Assembly (NCBI GenBank): GCA_963665815.1
Contig: OY762463.1
Span: 2,976,001-3,040,000, forward strand
Reading direction: 5' to 3'
Length of the DNA: 64,000 bases
From: Candidatus Cloacimonadales bacterium
Lineage (GTDB): Bacteria; Cloacimonadota; Cloacimonadia; Cloacimonadales; JAIOQZ01
The first letter of the stretch is position 1; each line of letters begins with the position of its first letter. The notes under the pieces are model-generated. The model was not told the DNA's origin. It ran no database searches and saw nothing but the letters and a program-made list of their open reading frames with translations. Positions 1 to 10,197 of this stretch are shown one piece after another. The position numbers and the translations under genes were made by a program.

Positions 1-1252
1 AAAAGAATCTCCAATAGTAAAAAAGAGCCAAAAGGAGGTTCTTATGAAATTGACAACAAGTCAATTGAGTATTGTGTTAGACACGGCAATTGTCGAACAC
101 GGATTAAACAACGTATTGGAAACAATACTAAACTGTTTGATGAAATTAGAGTGGACAGAATTTTTACGTCAAACAATATCTTCAAAAAACAAAGGGAATG
201 GTTATAGAATAGGTAAAGCTATCGGCTTGGGAGCAGAGATAAAGCTTCAAATTCCAAGAGATATACTCGGTCAATTCTATCCAATATTGCTCACATTGAT
301 CAGAAACCAGGAAGAAGAACTTCATCAACTTGCATTCACTTTATATTCCAAGGGTCTTTCAGTACGAGATGTAAGTGATGTATTTGATAAACTGTATGGT
401 TCGAAGTATTCCAAGTCAAATGTAAGTAGAATAAATCAAAGTTTTGTTAAAGAAATGGAATTATGGAGAAACAGACAATTAGATGTTAGTTATCCACTGT
501 TTATGGTAGATGCAATACATACCAGAATACGCAGGTCACCTAAGGCAGAAGTAGAAGCAATTTGAACAGTTATGGGATTACGTAGTGATATGAGCAGAGA
601 TATATTAGCCATAGAAAGCATCCCACAAGAGAGTGCTTCTGGCTGGGAATCATTATTCTCAAGTTTGTAAGATCGAGGATTAGAATCTGTCAATTTAGTA
701 ATTGCTGATGGTTTAATGGGACTTGAACAAAGTATTGCAAACGTCTTTCCGGGTGCAGCGTTCCAGAAATGTGTAACTCATTTTAAACGTAATATATTAA
801 ACAAAACAAGGTACTCGGACAGGGCTGAAATAGCTGCTGATTTGAAACTTATTTTGTTACTAATGACTCAGGATATAAAATATCAAATGCGATCGAGAAC
901 TTTGAAAACTTCATTACAAAATGGATGAAAACATATCCCTTCATAAGAAGATATAGAAACAGATCAGGCTTAATTTACAATTTTACATATTTGAATTATG
1001 ACTACAGAATAAGAAGTATGATCTATACAACCAACTGGATAGAAAACCTTAATAAACAGTTCAGAAGAGTTCTGAAAATAAAAAACTCAATGCCTTCTAA
1101 TGAATCTGCTTTGCTTCTTATTAGTAAAATAGCAATGGATAAATAGAAAAATATTTACAATATCCTCTGTAGACTTTTAAATTTGACGATAATAATATGA
1201 TATAAATTAAAAATATAGATGAGGTTCTATACACACTTATTAGGACAGTCCC
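1..1252 (+). mobile_element. Degenerate IS256-family insertion sequence; left end lies outside the window or is lost
   Basis: Mutator-type transposase remnants (NGY...QIPRD, DAI, IADG, KCVTHFKRN, IYTTNWIENLN). Right end TACACACTTATTAGGACAGTCCC at 1230-1252 resembles an IS256 terminal inverted repeat. Confidence 0.85.
44..1146 (+). pseudogene. IS256-family transposase pseudogene
   Basis: In-frame stops TGA 563-565 and TAA 668-670 interrupt continuous homology (EAI*TVMG; SL*DRGL). Frameshift near 850-925 and premature TAG at 1144-1146. Confidence 0.9.
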
Positions 1253-1310
1253 TATTTATGCGACAAGATTCTATCGTATTGTATTGATGTCAAATTATTT
1301 ATAATTAAGA

Positions 1311-1336
1311 AAGCCTGCAGAAAGTTCCACAGGCTT
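1311..1336 (-). terminator. Probable intrinsic terminator of the 1375..3978 gene
   Basis: Inverted repeat AAGCCTG...CAGGCTT about 40 nt past the stop; T-tract is weak. Confidence 0.5.
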
Positions 1337-1374
1337 ATATATTAAAAGTTAAAAACTTTTCAAGAAAGCAAAAA

Positions 1375-3978
1375 CTACTTTAACAACACGCACTTACTTG
1401 TTTTAAGTGCTTTTCCGTTAAGTTTAAGCTGGTAGAAATACACACCGGAACTGACATTCTTGTTGTTGCTGTCTTTTCCCTCCCAGAGTATTCTATGATT
1501 CCCCTGCTCTATATAATCATTCACAAGTGATGTCACTTTCTGACCTTTAAGATTGTACACGGCAATTTCAACATCTCCGCTTTTCGGAATAGAATAAGCA
1601 AAAGTTGTACTTGGGTTGAACGGATTAGGGTAGTTTGATATCTGTGTAAATATTAGCGAATCCGGTTCTTCCGGATCATCATCAGGTACTAAAATATCAG
1701 TAGGAGGTTCAGCCTCAAATAGACTACTTTCATAAAGCAAAATTTCAAATCCTACTGACAATGCTAAAAAATCATTGTTCAACGCCATACCCCACACATC
1801 CATGCCATTATCAATGGTTTTAGGAAGCGATATACCATTATTAAATTTTTTGAAGATAACTGGGTTGCAAAATGGATATGACTCGGAGACAGCGATATGT
1901 GAAGAACTCTGAACAATTAAATCAGTTGCTAAATTAACTTCAAAAACTTGAGTATTGAACCATCCAGATTCAAATTCTTTATACACTTCTAAATTATAGT
2001 ATTCAAAAACAACATAATCTGTAACGTAGTTTACCGCATAAACAGAATTACTATCTGCTGCAATCTTAGTGAATTTGCCATATTCGTTGGGATTAACAAT
2101 TTCGTCGCTTAAAAGCCAGCTGTTATCTGTTTTTGTTATCTCAATCAATCTGTCATAGAAAGATACAAACATTTTATTGTCACAAACACTGATATCAGCA
2201 ATTTTCGTATCAGAACTGCCAATACTTATAGACTGAGTTTCGTAAAAATCATTGTCTACATCATAAATATGCAGCATCAATAAACTGTCATCAGTTGATT
2301 TTCCAACTGCAAAATTATCCTCGAAATAAATAATTTCACTGGAAACTGTTACTTCATTCTCTTCAAAGTCTTCAGAACGTGTATCTATTAGTACATTTGA
2401 GTCATCTACAATTAATATCTTGTTTTTGCCGAAGTAATATTTCTCATCATGGTTCCACAAATTTCGTATATTGTGAGCATATTCATACTCTCCATCAACA
2501 TTTCTATATAAGCTATATCCTTCCACCCAGCTATCAACATTATAATATTCATAATTAAAAACAAGGAATTGATCCATTAAGTGCAAATCCCATCCTAACT
2601 GATAATCATACAAAAGATATGGCCAATCAGAGAGATCCAGAACATCATACTCATAATGAACACTTTGCACCTTAATAAAATCGTATTTTGTTAAAGTATG
2701 TGTGTTAGAATCATTTGATATTGTTAAAGTAACACTGTAAGTTCCGGGTTGAGTATATGAAAAAACTGGATTTTCTTCATAAGAATCTATTGTTCCATCC
2801 CCATCCAGGTCCCACTCAAAATATTCAGCTTGTTTAGATAGATTATGAAATGAAACCTGTCTTCCTGTTCCTGTGATATTTGTATCGGCTTCAAAGTTTG
2901 CTGAAAAGTCAGGAAATTCCATTGTCCAGACTATACCGTCGTAATAATTATATATGACATTCGGAGATATCAATTCTTCTGATTGAGACAAACTAAACTG
3001 TCCATGTTCTTTAAACATATCATTTTCTATATAATACCAATATTTCCCTATAAATACATTGTCTCCAGATGAGTATGGTTGACTCCTAAAATTCAAATGT
3101 TCAATATCCATTTCAAGAGTATCTATAGCAAAAAGATTAAAATTATCATGTTCAAACAAGTAATAATTATCATTGTTATAAGCTACAAACTTATTATCAT
3201 CAACAAAGCTCAAATAAGTTGATCCCGATTCAAGTGGTATTTCATCATAATTAGCCCACGTACGATTTATCAGCGTTGAGTCTGTGACTTCAAATAGAAG
3301 CAGACCATTGTAATATTCTCGACAATACCATCTCACAGACAATAATAAACTATTTTCTAAAATCCATAAATCATAAACATTCATATCTAGTACTATAGAG
3401 GTGCAATATTCAAATTTCCCATTAGTTAATTGATAATATACCAAGTAGCTTTGTTCATAACCTGAATAACCTATTACTAAGTCATTACCATTGGTTTTTA
3501 TCAACTCACCAAAATTGCGGTATTGCCAACTCTCAGAAAATTCTTCAGGAATTTCTATTCTCTGTATTATTTTCCAGTTGTTTGAATTGTTCTCAAATAC
3601 ATATACAACATTCTGAGTATCTGCAGCCGCAGTAGCAAACAATCTATTGTTTTTATAACACATGGATGATCCAATTTCTGAGACAGTTATTGAATCTGAC
3701 ACTGTAATGAGTTGGTTATACTCCCAAATACTCTGACTGTTCTTAGCATAATAGAAAATGCCTTCATAGTCATTCATTTTTACGAATATTTTGTTTTCAT
3801 TCCCAGAGGAAATAATACAATCAGCATTAAACTTATCCCCCGTGTAGATATCAGGCAAAGGTAATGTTTGTGTGTTAAACAAGTTTACATCAATATCACT
3901 TGTGAATGCAGCAATATTGGCAATAAATAACACAATAAAAAGTAAAGCAAATGCATTTTTTTTAGACATAGTCATCAT
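1375..3978 (-). CDS. Secreted PKD-domain protein with beta-propeller-like regions and FlgD-Ig/T9SS-type C-terminal sorting domain
   Basis: Signal peptide; PKD motif (ANFEAD...WDLDGDGTIDS...NPVFSYTQPGTYSVTL); C-terminal NYPNPFNP...SGVYFYQL...KCVLLK. Confidence 0.85.
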   Translation of the reverse strand: MMTMSKKNAFALLFIVLFIANIAAFTSDIDVNLFNTQTLPLPDIYTGDKFNADCIISSGNENKIFVKMNDYEGIFYYAKNSQSIWEYNQLITVSDSITVSEIGSSMCYKNNRLFATAAADTQNVVYVFENNSNNWKIIQRIEIPEEFSESWQYRNFGELIKTNGNDLVIGYSGYEQSYLVYYQLTNGKFEYCTSIVLDMNVYDLWILENSLLLSVRWYCREYYNGLLLFEVTDSTLINRTWANYDEIPLESGSTYLSFVDDNKFVAYNNDNYYLFEHDNFNLFAIDTLEMDIEHLNFRSQPYSSGDNVFIGKYWYYIENDMFKEHGQFSLSQSEELISPNVIYNYYDGIVWTMEFPDFSANFEADTNITGTGRQVSFHNLSKQAEYFEWDLDGDGTIDSYEENPVFSYTQPGTYSVTLTISNDSNTHTLTKYDFIKVQSVHYEYDVLDLSDWPYLLYDYQLGWDLHLMDQFLVFNYEYYNVDSWVEGYSLYRNVDGEYEYAHNIRNLWNHDEKYYFGKNKILIVDDSNVLIDTRSEDFEENEVTVSSEIIYFEDNFAVGKSTDDSLLMLHIYDVDNDFYETQSISIGSSDTKIADISVCDNKMFVSFYDRLIEITKTDNSWLLSDEIVNPNEYGKFTKIAADSNSVYAVNYVTDYVVFEYYNLEVYKEFESGWFNTQVFEVNLATDLIVQSSSHIAVSESYPFCNPVIFKKFNNGISLPKTIDNGMDVWGMALNNDFLALSVGFEILLYESSLFEAEPPTDILVPDDDPEEPDSLIFTQISNYPNPFNPSTTFAYSIPKSGDVEIAVYNLKGQKVTSLVNDYIEQGNHRILWEGKDSNNKNVSSGVYFYQLKLNGKALKTSKCVLLK

Positions 3979-4088
3979 TATCCCCCTTATCTGCTACTGA
4001 CATACCCCTATATCAGATACAGATATTTAATAATCATATATGCAAAATTAGTTTCAAAACTAAATTAATTAATTGACTTTTTTCTGTA

Positions 4089-4931
4089 CTAATTACTTCT
4101 CTTCATATTGATAAATTCATTACCGTAATTCAGAGACATTGTACTTTTCTTAAGAACACCGCTTCCATGTGACAGTTTAATTCTGTCTCTGTCAGTCTGT
4201 TCCCAGTTACCTCTGATATGCATTGATCCATCATCGTAAGAAAGTGTATAATAAGCATCATTCTGGATAACAAGGGTAATACCTCCAAGTTTTGACATTC
4301 CCTTCCAGATTCCAACAGGATTATACATGCTGTTACGTTCAATAATTATCTTTTCTGCTTTTTCTTTTTTAATTGCAAGTTTTCTCTGCTGCTCTTTAAT
4401 CACTACAAGTTTTCTGGCTTTCATTCGTTTTGTACTGTTTATAATCTGGTTCGCATGGAAATCATCTTCCTGAGATACATTCATAAGTGCTTCACTGAAA
4501 GACTGTTCAGATTCCAGAAACTGATTAAGTGAGTCGTGTGCAACAGCTTTATAGTAGTTAGCTCTCCAATCCATTTCGTTCAGCATTAGAGCTTTTCTGG
4601 TTGCTTCCAGAGCTTTTTCATATTTATTCTGTTTAATCAGCAGTTCTGCTTTGAGTACATAAGCTTGAATAAAGTCACTATTTTTTTTAATGAAATTGTC
4701 TATTTTTTCTAAAGCTTGATTAACTCCAAGTGTTCTAATATAAAGAAACTCAGCTTCTGGAGATTCAGGTTTTGCATCATATAGACTCTTGTATGTTTTT
4801 GTTAGTGAATCAGCTGCTTCAGGAAGAGCTTTGTCCTGAACTGTCATGTGATAATCCAGGTTTTTTACGCCTTTCATACATCCTGTAATCAATACAAGAA
4901 CAATGATTAGAAAAAATAAACTTTGCTTCAT
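4089..4931 (-). CDS. TPR-containing lipoprotein
   Basis: Lipobox LITGC; TPR-like helices (AYVLKAELLIKQNKYEKALEA...). Confidence 0.7.
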   Translation of the reverse strand: MKQSLFFLIIVLVLITGCMKGVKNLDYHMTVQDKALPEAADSLTKTYKSLYDAKPESPEAEFLYIRTLGVNQALEKIDNFIKKNSDFIQAYVLKAELLIKQNKYEKALEATRKALMLNEMDWRANYYKAVAHDSLNQFLESEQSFSEALMNVSQEDDFHANQIINSTKRMKARKLVVIKEQQRKLAIKKEKAEKIIIERNSMYNPVGIWKGMSKLGGITLVIQNDAYYTLSYDDGSMHIRGNWEQTDRDRIKLSHGSGVLKKSTMSLNYGNEFINMKRSN

Positions 4932-4941
4932 TAAACCTCCA

Positions 4942-5385
4942 TTATATATTCGGTGCCCATGTGGCTGTTGTTATATTTTTTAAGAAAAAAACGAGTATAT
5001 AGCATGCGAACATTCCTCCGTATACAAGCATAAATGTCAAGTCTTCAACTAAATAATTTACTTCTATCTCTGTTTTTTTCCAACTTATGTATACCAGAAA
5101 CAGTTTTGTGGTGAAAAGGAATATGAAAAGCATGAGCGGAGTATACTGCATGAAAAAATGGAAAATCATTATAGCAACAGCTGTTACCAGAAAAGATTCA
5201 ATAATATTGGTTGTGAAGCGAATGAATATAGAATCAAATGATTTACTGTCCATATTTCCTGTAGCAAATCGGATTGCAGCAGTAATCGGAAATCCGAATA
5301 CAAGTCCTATAAAATAGCTGACCCAGTGCAGAATAACTGCCATAACAATTGAAAGCCCGTAAGCAACGATTGGTAAAAGTATCAT
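4942..5385 (-). CDS. Hypothetical multi-pass membrane protein
   Basis: 147 aa with about 4 hydrophobic segments; GAGG RBS; co-oriented with 4089..4931. Confidence 0.65.
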   Translation of the reverse strand: MILLPIVAYGLSIVMAVILHWVSYFIGLVFGFPITAAIRFATGNMDSKSFDSIFIRFTTNIIESFLVTAVAIMIFHFFMQYTPLMLFIFLFTTKLFLVYISWKKTEIEVNYLVEDLTFMLVYGGMFACYILVFFLKNITTATWAPNI

Positions 5386-5686
5386 AGAACACCTCTTTAT
5401 AAAATACTTTGTTAATAATTATGCGTGATTTTTACAATCAAACATTGTTTCTATTACTGAAAAATTGATTGCTGAACACAATTTTGTAAAGATAAAAATT
5501 CAGAAATTTCCAGGTTTTGTGCTAATATTAAACAATATGAAAGGTTTTTTTGTAATTAGTTGACGAATTAACAGTATATACTATTTTATAGTTATAGAGA
5601 TGTTTGCATCAGTACAAAATATTAATGCATAACCGATGAAACTTATTAATCTTCATTTATGCAGGCAGCTCTTACAGAAGGTGAAT

Positions 5687-6604
5687 ATGGATGACAAAAA
5701 ATGGATTCAGGTCAGAAAATCAGCTATGACGAAGTATAAGTTAACTGCTTTATACTACAAAACAGACAGCAATGAATATCAACTTTACAAGCCTGAAGGC
5801 AAAATGCTGGATCAGGTCAGAATAAATACAGAGCTTCATCCGAAGTTGTACATCAAGGCAGAGGACAAAGAAAAAGCGATTATTGAAATGCAGAAAGTAT
5901 ACAATCAGGAGCTTAAGTCTAATATTGCTACCGGTAATATCAAAGAAGTAAAGGAAACTCTTGTGAATGTTGTAGAAGAAACTTTGTCTGAACCCAGAGC
6001 CGGAACTCTTCATGGTGTCCGTGATACTGTAGACATAATGATTGGAGGTTACTCTCAGGAACCGAAAGTCCTTAATTCCCTTGCCGCTATCTCTTATAAT
6101 GACTATACGACAGGTCTGCATTCCGTTAATGTGATGGCTCTGACAATTGCTTTTGCGGAATATTGCGGTTATGAGCCTGATCTTATAAAAAATCTTGGAT
6201 TATCGGCTTTACTTCATGATATAGGAAAAACAACCATACCAAATGAAATTCTCAATGCTAAAAGAAAACTGACTGACGACGAATTTGCTGTTATCAGAAA
6301 TCATCCTCTTGCCGGTTACAATATTTTAAAACGCTCAGGGTTTAATAACTCAATTGTTTTGTCAGGTGCTGTTCAGCATCATGAGAAGCTGGATGGATCC
6401 GGTTATCCGAACAGAATAAAAAGACTTGATCTGGCAGGTAAAATCATTTCGATTATAGACTGCTATGAGGCAATAACGAACGATGATAGACCATATAGAT
6501 CTGCCATGGATCCCTTGAAAGCACTTTACCTGCTGAAGAAGGATGTTGATAGCGGAAAATTCGACAGTGAAATATTCAGTAAATTTGCTTACAGTCTGGT
6601 ATAA
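5687..6604 (+). CDS. HD-GYP domain protein (cyclic-dinucleotide phosphodiesterase family)
   Basis: HSVNV, LLHDIGK, HP..G, HHEKLDGSGYP and RPYR motifs. Start moved to ATG 5687 (GAAGGTG RBS). Confidence 0.9.
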   Translation: MDDKKWIQVRKSAMTKYKLTALYYKTDSNEYQLYKPEGKMLDQVRINTELHPKLYIKAEDKEKAIIEMQKVYNQELKSNIATGNIKEVKETLVNVVEETLSEPRAGTLHGVRDTVDIMIGGYSQEPKVLNSLAAISYNDYTTGLHSVNVMALTIAFAEYCGYEPDLIKNLGLSALLHDIGKTTIPNEILNAKRKLTDDEFAVIRNHPLAGYNILKRSGFNNSIVLSGAVQHHEKLDGSGYPNRIKRLDLAGKIISIIDCYEAITNDDRPYRSAMDPLKALYLLKKDVDSGKFDSEIFSKFAYSLV

Positions 6605-6620
6605 TCTCAAACAACGATAA

Positions 6621-7241
6621 TCAGAACAGAATCTCTTCTATTGTCTTCATCAGCTTATCCATACCTTTTTTCTTCAGTGAAGAAACCGGAAAAATAGGAA
6701 CATCTACGCCAAATTCAGCTTTGAGATTTTTTGCTGCAGCAAGAGCTTTACTACCCTTTATCTTATCTGATTTCGTAGCAACCAGTATAAACTTTATCCC
6801 CGCTTCCTGCAGCATTTCCATCATTAGTTTGTCTTTGGGATCTGCCTTATGTCTGATATCCACAAGTAGTACAACCAGTCGTAACTGAATCCTCTGTGTA
6901 AGAAATGTCATTATCATCTTCTTCCAGGATTCCCTTTCGGATTTACTGACTTTTGCATAGCCGTATCCCGGTAAATCCACAATCTGAAAGAAAGCGTCCA
7001 GTTCTTCTCCGCTGGACTCCATTTTCTTCTTACAGCGAATCTCAAAGAAATTCAGCAGACGAGTTTTTCCCGGTTTACCACTTATTTTTGCGAGAAGCTT
7101 CCTGTTCAGCAGAGTGTTAATCAGAGATGATTTACCAACATTTGATTTTCCGGCAAATGCGACTTCCTGATACTGAGTTTCAGGATAATCTTTAGGTTTA
7201 ACAGCACTTTTAACGAAACTTGATTCTACAACTCTTATCAT
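6621..7241 (-). CDS. engB: Ribosome biogenesis GTPase YihA/YsxC (EngB)
   Basis: GKSNVGKSS, KPGKT, DLPGYGYA and TKSDK motifs. Confidence 0.95.
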   Translation of the reverse strand: MIRVVESSFVKSAVKPKDYPETQYQEVAFAGKSNVGKSSLINTLLNRKLLAKISGKPGKTRLLNFFEIRCKKKMESSGEELDAFFQIVDLPGYGYAKVSKSERESWKKMIMTFLTQRIQLRLVVLLVDIRHKADPKDKLMMEMLQEAGIKFILVATKSDKIKGSKALAAAKNLKAEFGVDVPIFPVSSLKKKGMDKLMKTIEEILF

Positions 7242-7243
7242 AA

Positions 7244-7612
7244 CTACTCGAAATATGTCATTGAAGTATTATCAGATTCGCAGACTTCTACTTCATGTAT
7301 TTGACAACAGTCATTTTTCAGTTCATTTTGAAATCTTTTATAGATAAAGCAGGCTATGTTTTCTGATGTAGGGTTTTTATCCTGAAAATACTCATGTTCA
7401 TTCAGATTTGTGTGGTCAAGTTCAGAAATCACTCTATCGAGAACGATTTTCACTTCTTTAAAGTCTATTGTGAGACCTATTTCATCTGTCTTTTCACAAA
7501 GTATGCAGATACGTACTTTCCAATTATGTCCATGCATGTTTTTACAGGGCCCATTGTACCCGTTCAGCTGGTGGGCTGCCGAAAAGTGGGACTTAACATT
7601 AAGTTTATACAT
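7244..7612 (-). CDS. queD: 6-carboxytetrahydropterin synthase QueD
   Basis: FSAAH...C...HGHNW, IDF, LDH..LN and PTSENIA motifs. Confidence 0.92.
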   Translation of the reverse strand: MYKLNVKSHFSAAHQLNGYNGPCKNMHGHNWKVRICILCEKTDEIGLTIDFKEVKIVLDRVISELDHTNLNEHEYFQDKNPTSENIACFIYKRFQNELKNDCCQIHEVEVCESDNTSMTYFE

Positions 7613-7937
7613 TCTTCACTCCATTTATTAATAATGTTAAATATTGAACTTTGCAACATGATAAATGCAGAATTTCAACAGGAAATACAGATAAGCAAAG
7701 TCCGAGTAAATATCTAATATTGAATGCTGTAATACTGTCAATAAAATCTTGGGATATTAATTTACGGGATAACTTACTCTAAATATAATTAATGATAGTT
7801 ATGGCTATACATTTCTACCAACGGATCAAAGTTTTCTGAGATATTTATAGTCTTGTTATTAAACATTATAAGGGGAATAGTAGCTTTTAAAAAGGATAAA
7901 ATAGGTTAACTTGTTTCACTAAATATTGAATCATTTA

Positions 7938-7990
7938 TTGACATTAATTACGCTATTATATATCTTTGCTATAGTTTTTTAATACTATAG
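7938..7990 (+). promoter_or_regulatory. Sigma70-type promoter plus palindromic operator upstream of the PadR gene
   Basis: TTGACA (7938-7943), 17 nt spacer, TATCTT (7961-7966); perfect inverted repeat CTATAGT-N8-ACTATAG at 7969-7990. Confidence 0.65.
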
Positions 7991-7997
7991 AGGAAAT

Positions 7998-8387
7998 ATG
8001 AGTAAGAATGTTGAAAATCTGCTAAAATCATGGGAGAAGAAACATAGAAAAGGGTTCACTCCATATATGGTTTTAGTGTTACTGAGTGAAAAAGAGATGT
8101 ACGGATACGAGATTCGGCAACGGCTGGATGAGTTATCGGGAAATATGACGTTTCAGGAAAGCAGTATATATCAGATATTAAAAAAGTTTACAAAGAAAGG
8201 AATCGTGCAGGCGTTTAGTAAGAAGTCTCCTAAAGGACCTGATAGAAAGTATTACACACTTACTGAGTCTGGCGAAACTCTACTGGAAAAGTACTCTGAA
8301 CGATATATATTTCCTACATATTCTGCTGTAGCCTCTATAATTCAAAAAAAATATCCAGATATTCTGAAAGGAGACAATAATGCTTAA
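7998..8387 (+). CDS. PadR-family transcriptional regulator
   Basis: MYGYEI, SSIYQIL and GPDRKYYTLTESG motifs. Confidence 0.92.
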   Translation: MSKNVENLLKSWEKKHRKGFTPYMVLVLLSEKEMYGYEIRQRLDELSGNMTFQESSIYQILKKFTKKGIVQAFSKKSPKGPDRKYYTLTESGETLLEKYSERYIFPTYSAVASIIQKKYPDILKGDNNA

Positions 8388-9510
8388 CAAATTGTCATTT
8401 AAAATTGGGAATTTAAATATAAAAACTCCAATAGTACAAGGCGGAATGGGTGTCAGGGTGTCGTTATCAAGACTGGCTTCTGCAGTAGCAAACGAGGGTG
8501 GAATCGGTGTAATATCATCTGTAGGTATAGGCTACGATGAACCTGACTTTGTAACGAACTCCAAAGAGGCGAATCTGAGAGTTCTCAGACAGGAAATCAG
8601 AAAAGCTAAAGAGAACTCAGACGGCATTATCGGGGTCAACATTATGATGGCTCTAACAGACTTTGATGACCAGATCAGGGTTTCTGTAGAAGAAGAAGCT
8701 GACATCGTTTTTGTAGGTGCCGGACTGCTTCTTAAAGCTCCCGGTAACTTCACAATAGATGAACTTAAAAAATCTAAAACGAAGGTTGTACCAATAGTTT
8801 CGTCCGCAAGAGCCGCTAAGTTGATTTTCAACACATGGAAAAAGAAATACAATTATGTTCCGGACGCTGTTGTTGTGGAAGGTCCTCTGGCAGGCGGTCA
8901 TCTCGGATTCAAAGTAGAACAGATTGAAGATGAAGACTTCAAACTGGAAAAACTTATTCCGGAAGTAGTGGAGACAATAAAGTCATTCGAAGCAGATTTC
9001 AATAAGGAAATTCCGGTTATAGCCGGTGGCGGTGTATACACTGGAGCAGATATTCTGAAGTTCATCAACCTCGGAGCAAAAGCTGTTCAGATGGGAACGC
9101 GTTTCGCAGCTACCGTAGAATGCGATGCTTCCGATGAATTCAAAAATGCAATAATCAATTGCAGAGAAGAAGATGTCACAATCATTAAAAGCCCTGTCGG
9201 ATTACCGGGTAGAGCAATTTCCAACGAATTCCTGAAAGATGTTAAGTCGGGTAAAAACAAGCCGTTTGGCTGTCCATGGAAATGCCTGAAAACATGTAAC
9301 TTCATGAAAGCCCCATACTGCATTGCAGATGCTCTTACTAACGCCCAGAAAGGAATGCTCGACAAAGGATTTGTCTTTGCCGGAGCTAATGCCTTCAGGG
9401 TAGACAGTATTATGACTGTAAAAGAGCTGATTGATAAACTTAAAGAAGAACTGCAGGCAGCAATGGAAGCATTCTGTATTGCTCATCCTCAGGCGGCATT
9501 CTGCATATAA
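8380..9510 (+). CDS. Nitronate monooxygenase/FabK-like flavoprotein with C-terminal Fe-S cysteine motif
   Basis: PIVQGGMG, EGPLAGGHLG, GAKAVQMGTRF, CPWKCLKTC...YCI; overlaps the PadR stop. Confidence 0.88.
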   Translation: MLNKLSFKIGNLNIKTPIVQGGMGVRVSLSRLASAVANEGGIGVISSVGIGYDEPDFVTNSKEANLRVLRQEIRKAKENSDGIIGVNIMMALTDFDDQIRVSVEEEADIVFVGAGLLLKAPGNFTIDELKKSKTKVVPIVSSARAAKLIFNTWKKKYNYVPDAVVVEGPLAGGHLGFKVEQIEDEDFKLEKLIPEVVETIKSFEADFNKEIPVIAGGGVYTGADILKFINLGAKAVQMGTRFAATVECDASDEFKNAIINCREEDVTIIKSPVGLPGRAISNEFLKDVKSGKNKPFGCPWKCLKTCNFMKAPYCIADALTNAQKGMLDKGFVFAGANAFRVDSIMTVKELIDKLKEELQAAMEAFCIAHPQAAFCI

Positions 9511-9536
9511 TAATATAGCTGATAGATTTTTACTAC

Positions 9537-9561
9537 TGCCGGTTCTGCCGGCATTTTTTTT
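9537..9561 (+). terminator. Intrinsic terminator
   Basis: TGCCGG-TTCTG-CCGGCA followed by a T-tract. Confidence 0.8.
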
Positions 9562-9700
9562 GTTATACTCCTGAACGTGTTAATTTACATACTATCTGTT
9601 GACATTTTTACCACTCTGTACTTTTCTTAACATGGATAATTTTCAGTATTAGCAAATTAATATTTTGTTTAAAATTTGAGAACTATATCCGGGAGAAAAC

Positions 9701-10174
9701 ATGAAAAACATAGTTGTTTTCAAAGTACATAACAGTATACTCGCAGTGGAAACAGAGAAGATCCATCAGATTGTCTCAGGGACAACAATTACTCCAATCG
9801 CTGGGATAAAAGACTGCATCTCCGGTGTTTTTGCCTTCGATGGCAAGGCTATCACAGCAGTGAACCTGAAAAAGATGTTCTTCGATAATTCAGAAGAATC
9901 TCAGAAAATGATTATTCTCAAAACAGAAAAGAATAACAGAGAAATTCTCTTTGCTGTTTCTGCAGACAGGATTGTTTCAACCTGTGATGTTGATAAATCC
10001 AATCTTGCTAAAAAAGCGCTGATCAACAAACATATCCCGGATTCAGTAATAGAAGAAATATACTCGGTTAACACATATACAGCCGTACAAATCAATACGG
10101 ACAAACTTTACAGCTATATGCAGAGTCTGCTGGCAGATAATACAGATTTAACACTTGCCGGTAACAATTTCTGA
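9701..10174 (+). CDS. CheW-like domain protein
   Basis: IVVFKV...LAVETEKIHQIV...ITPIAG...ISGVFAFDGKAITAVNL pattern of the CheW fold. Confidence 0.7.
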   Translation: MKNIVVFKVHNSILAVETEKIHQIVSGTTITPIAGIKDCISGVFAFDGKAITAVNLKKMFFDNSEESQKMIILKTEKNNREILFAVSADRIVSTCDVDKSNLAKKALINKHIPDSVIEEIYSVNTYTAVQINTDKLYSYMQSLLADNTDLTLAGNNF

Positions 10175-10197
10175 CATCCGGCAGATGGAATAGTGAA

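Noticed and set aside
563-670. Stop-codon recoding or selenocysteine in the IS256 transposase
   Set aside because: TGA, TAA and TAG stops plus a frameshift all occur, and all three codons end normal genes in the window, so this is simple decay.
7613-7930. preQ1 riboswitch upstream of queD
   Set aside because: No convincing stem plus A-rich tail motif seen.
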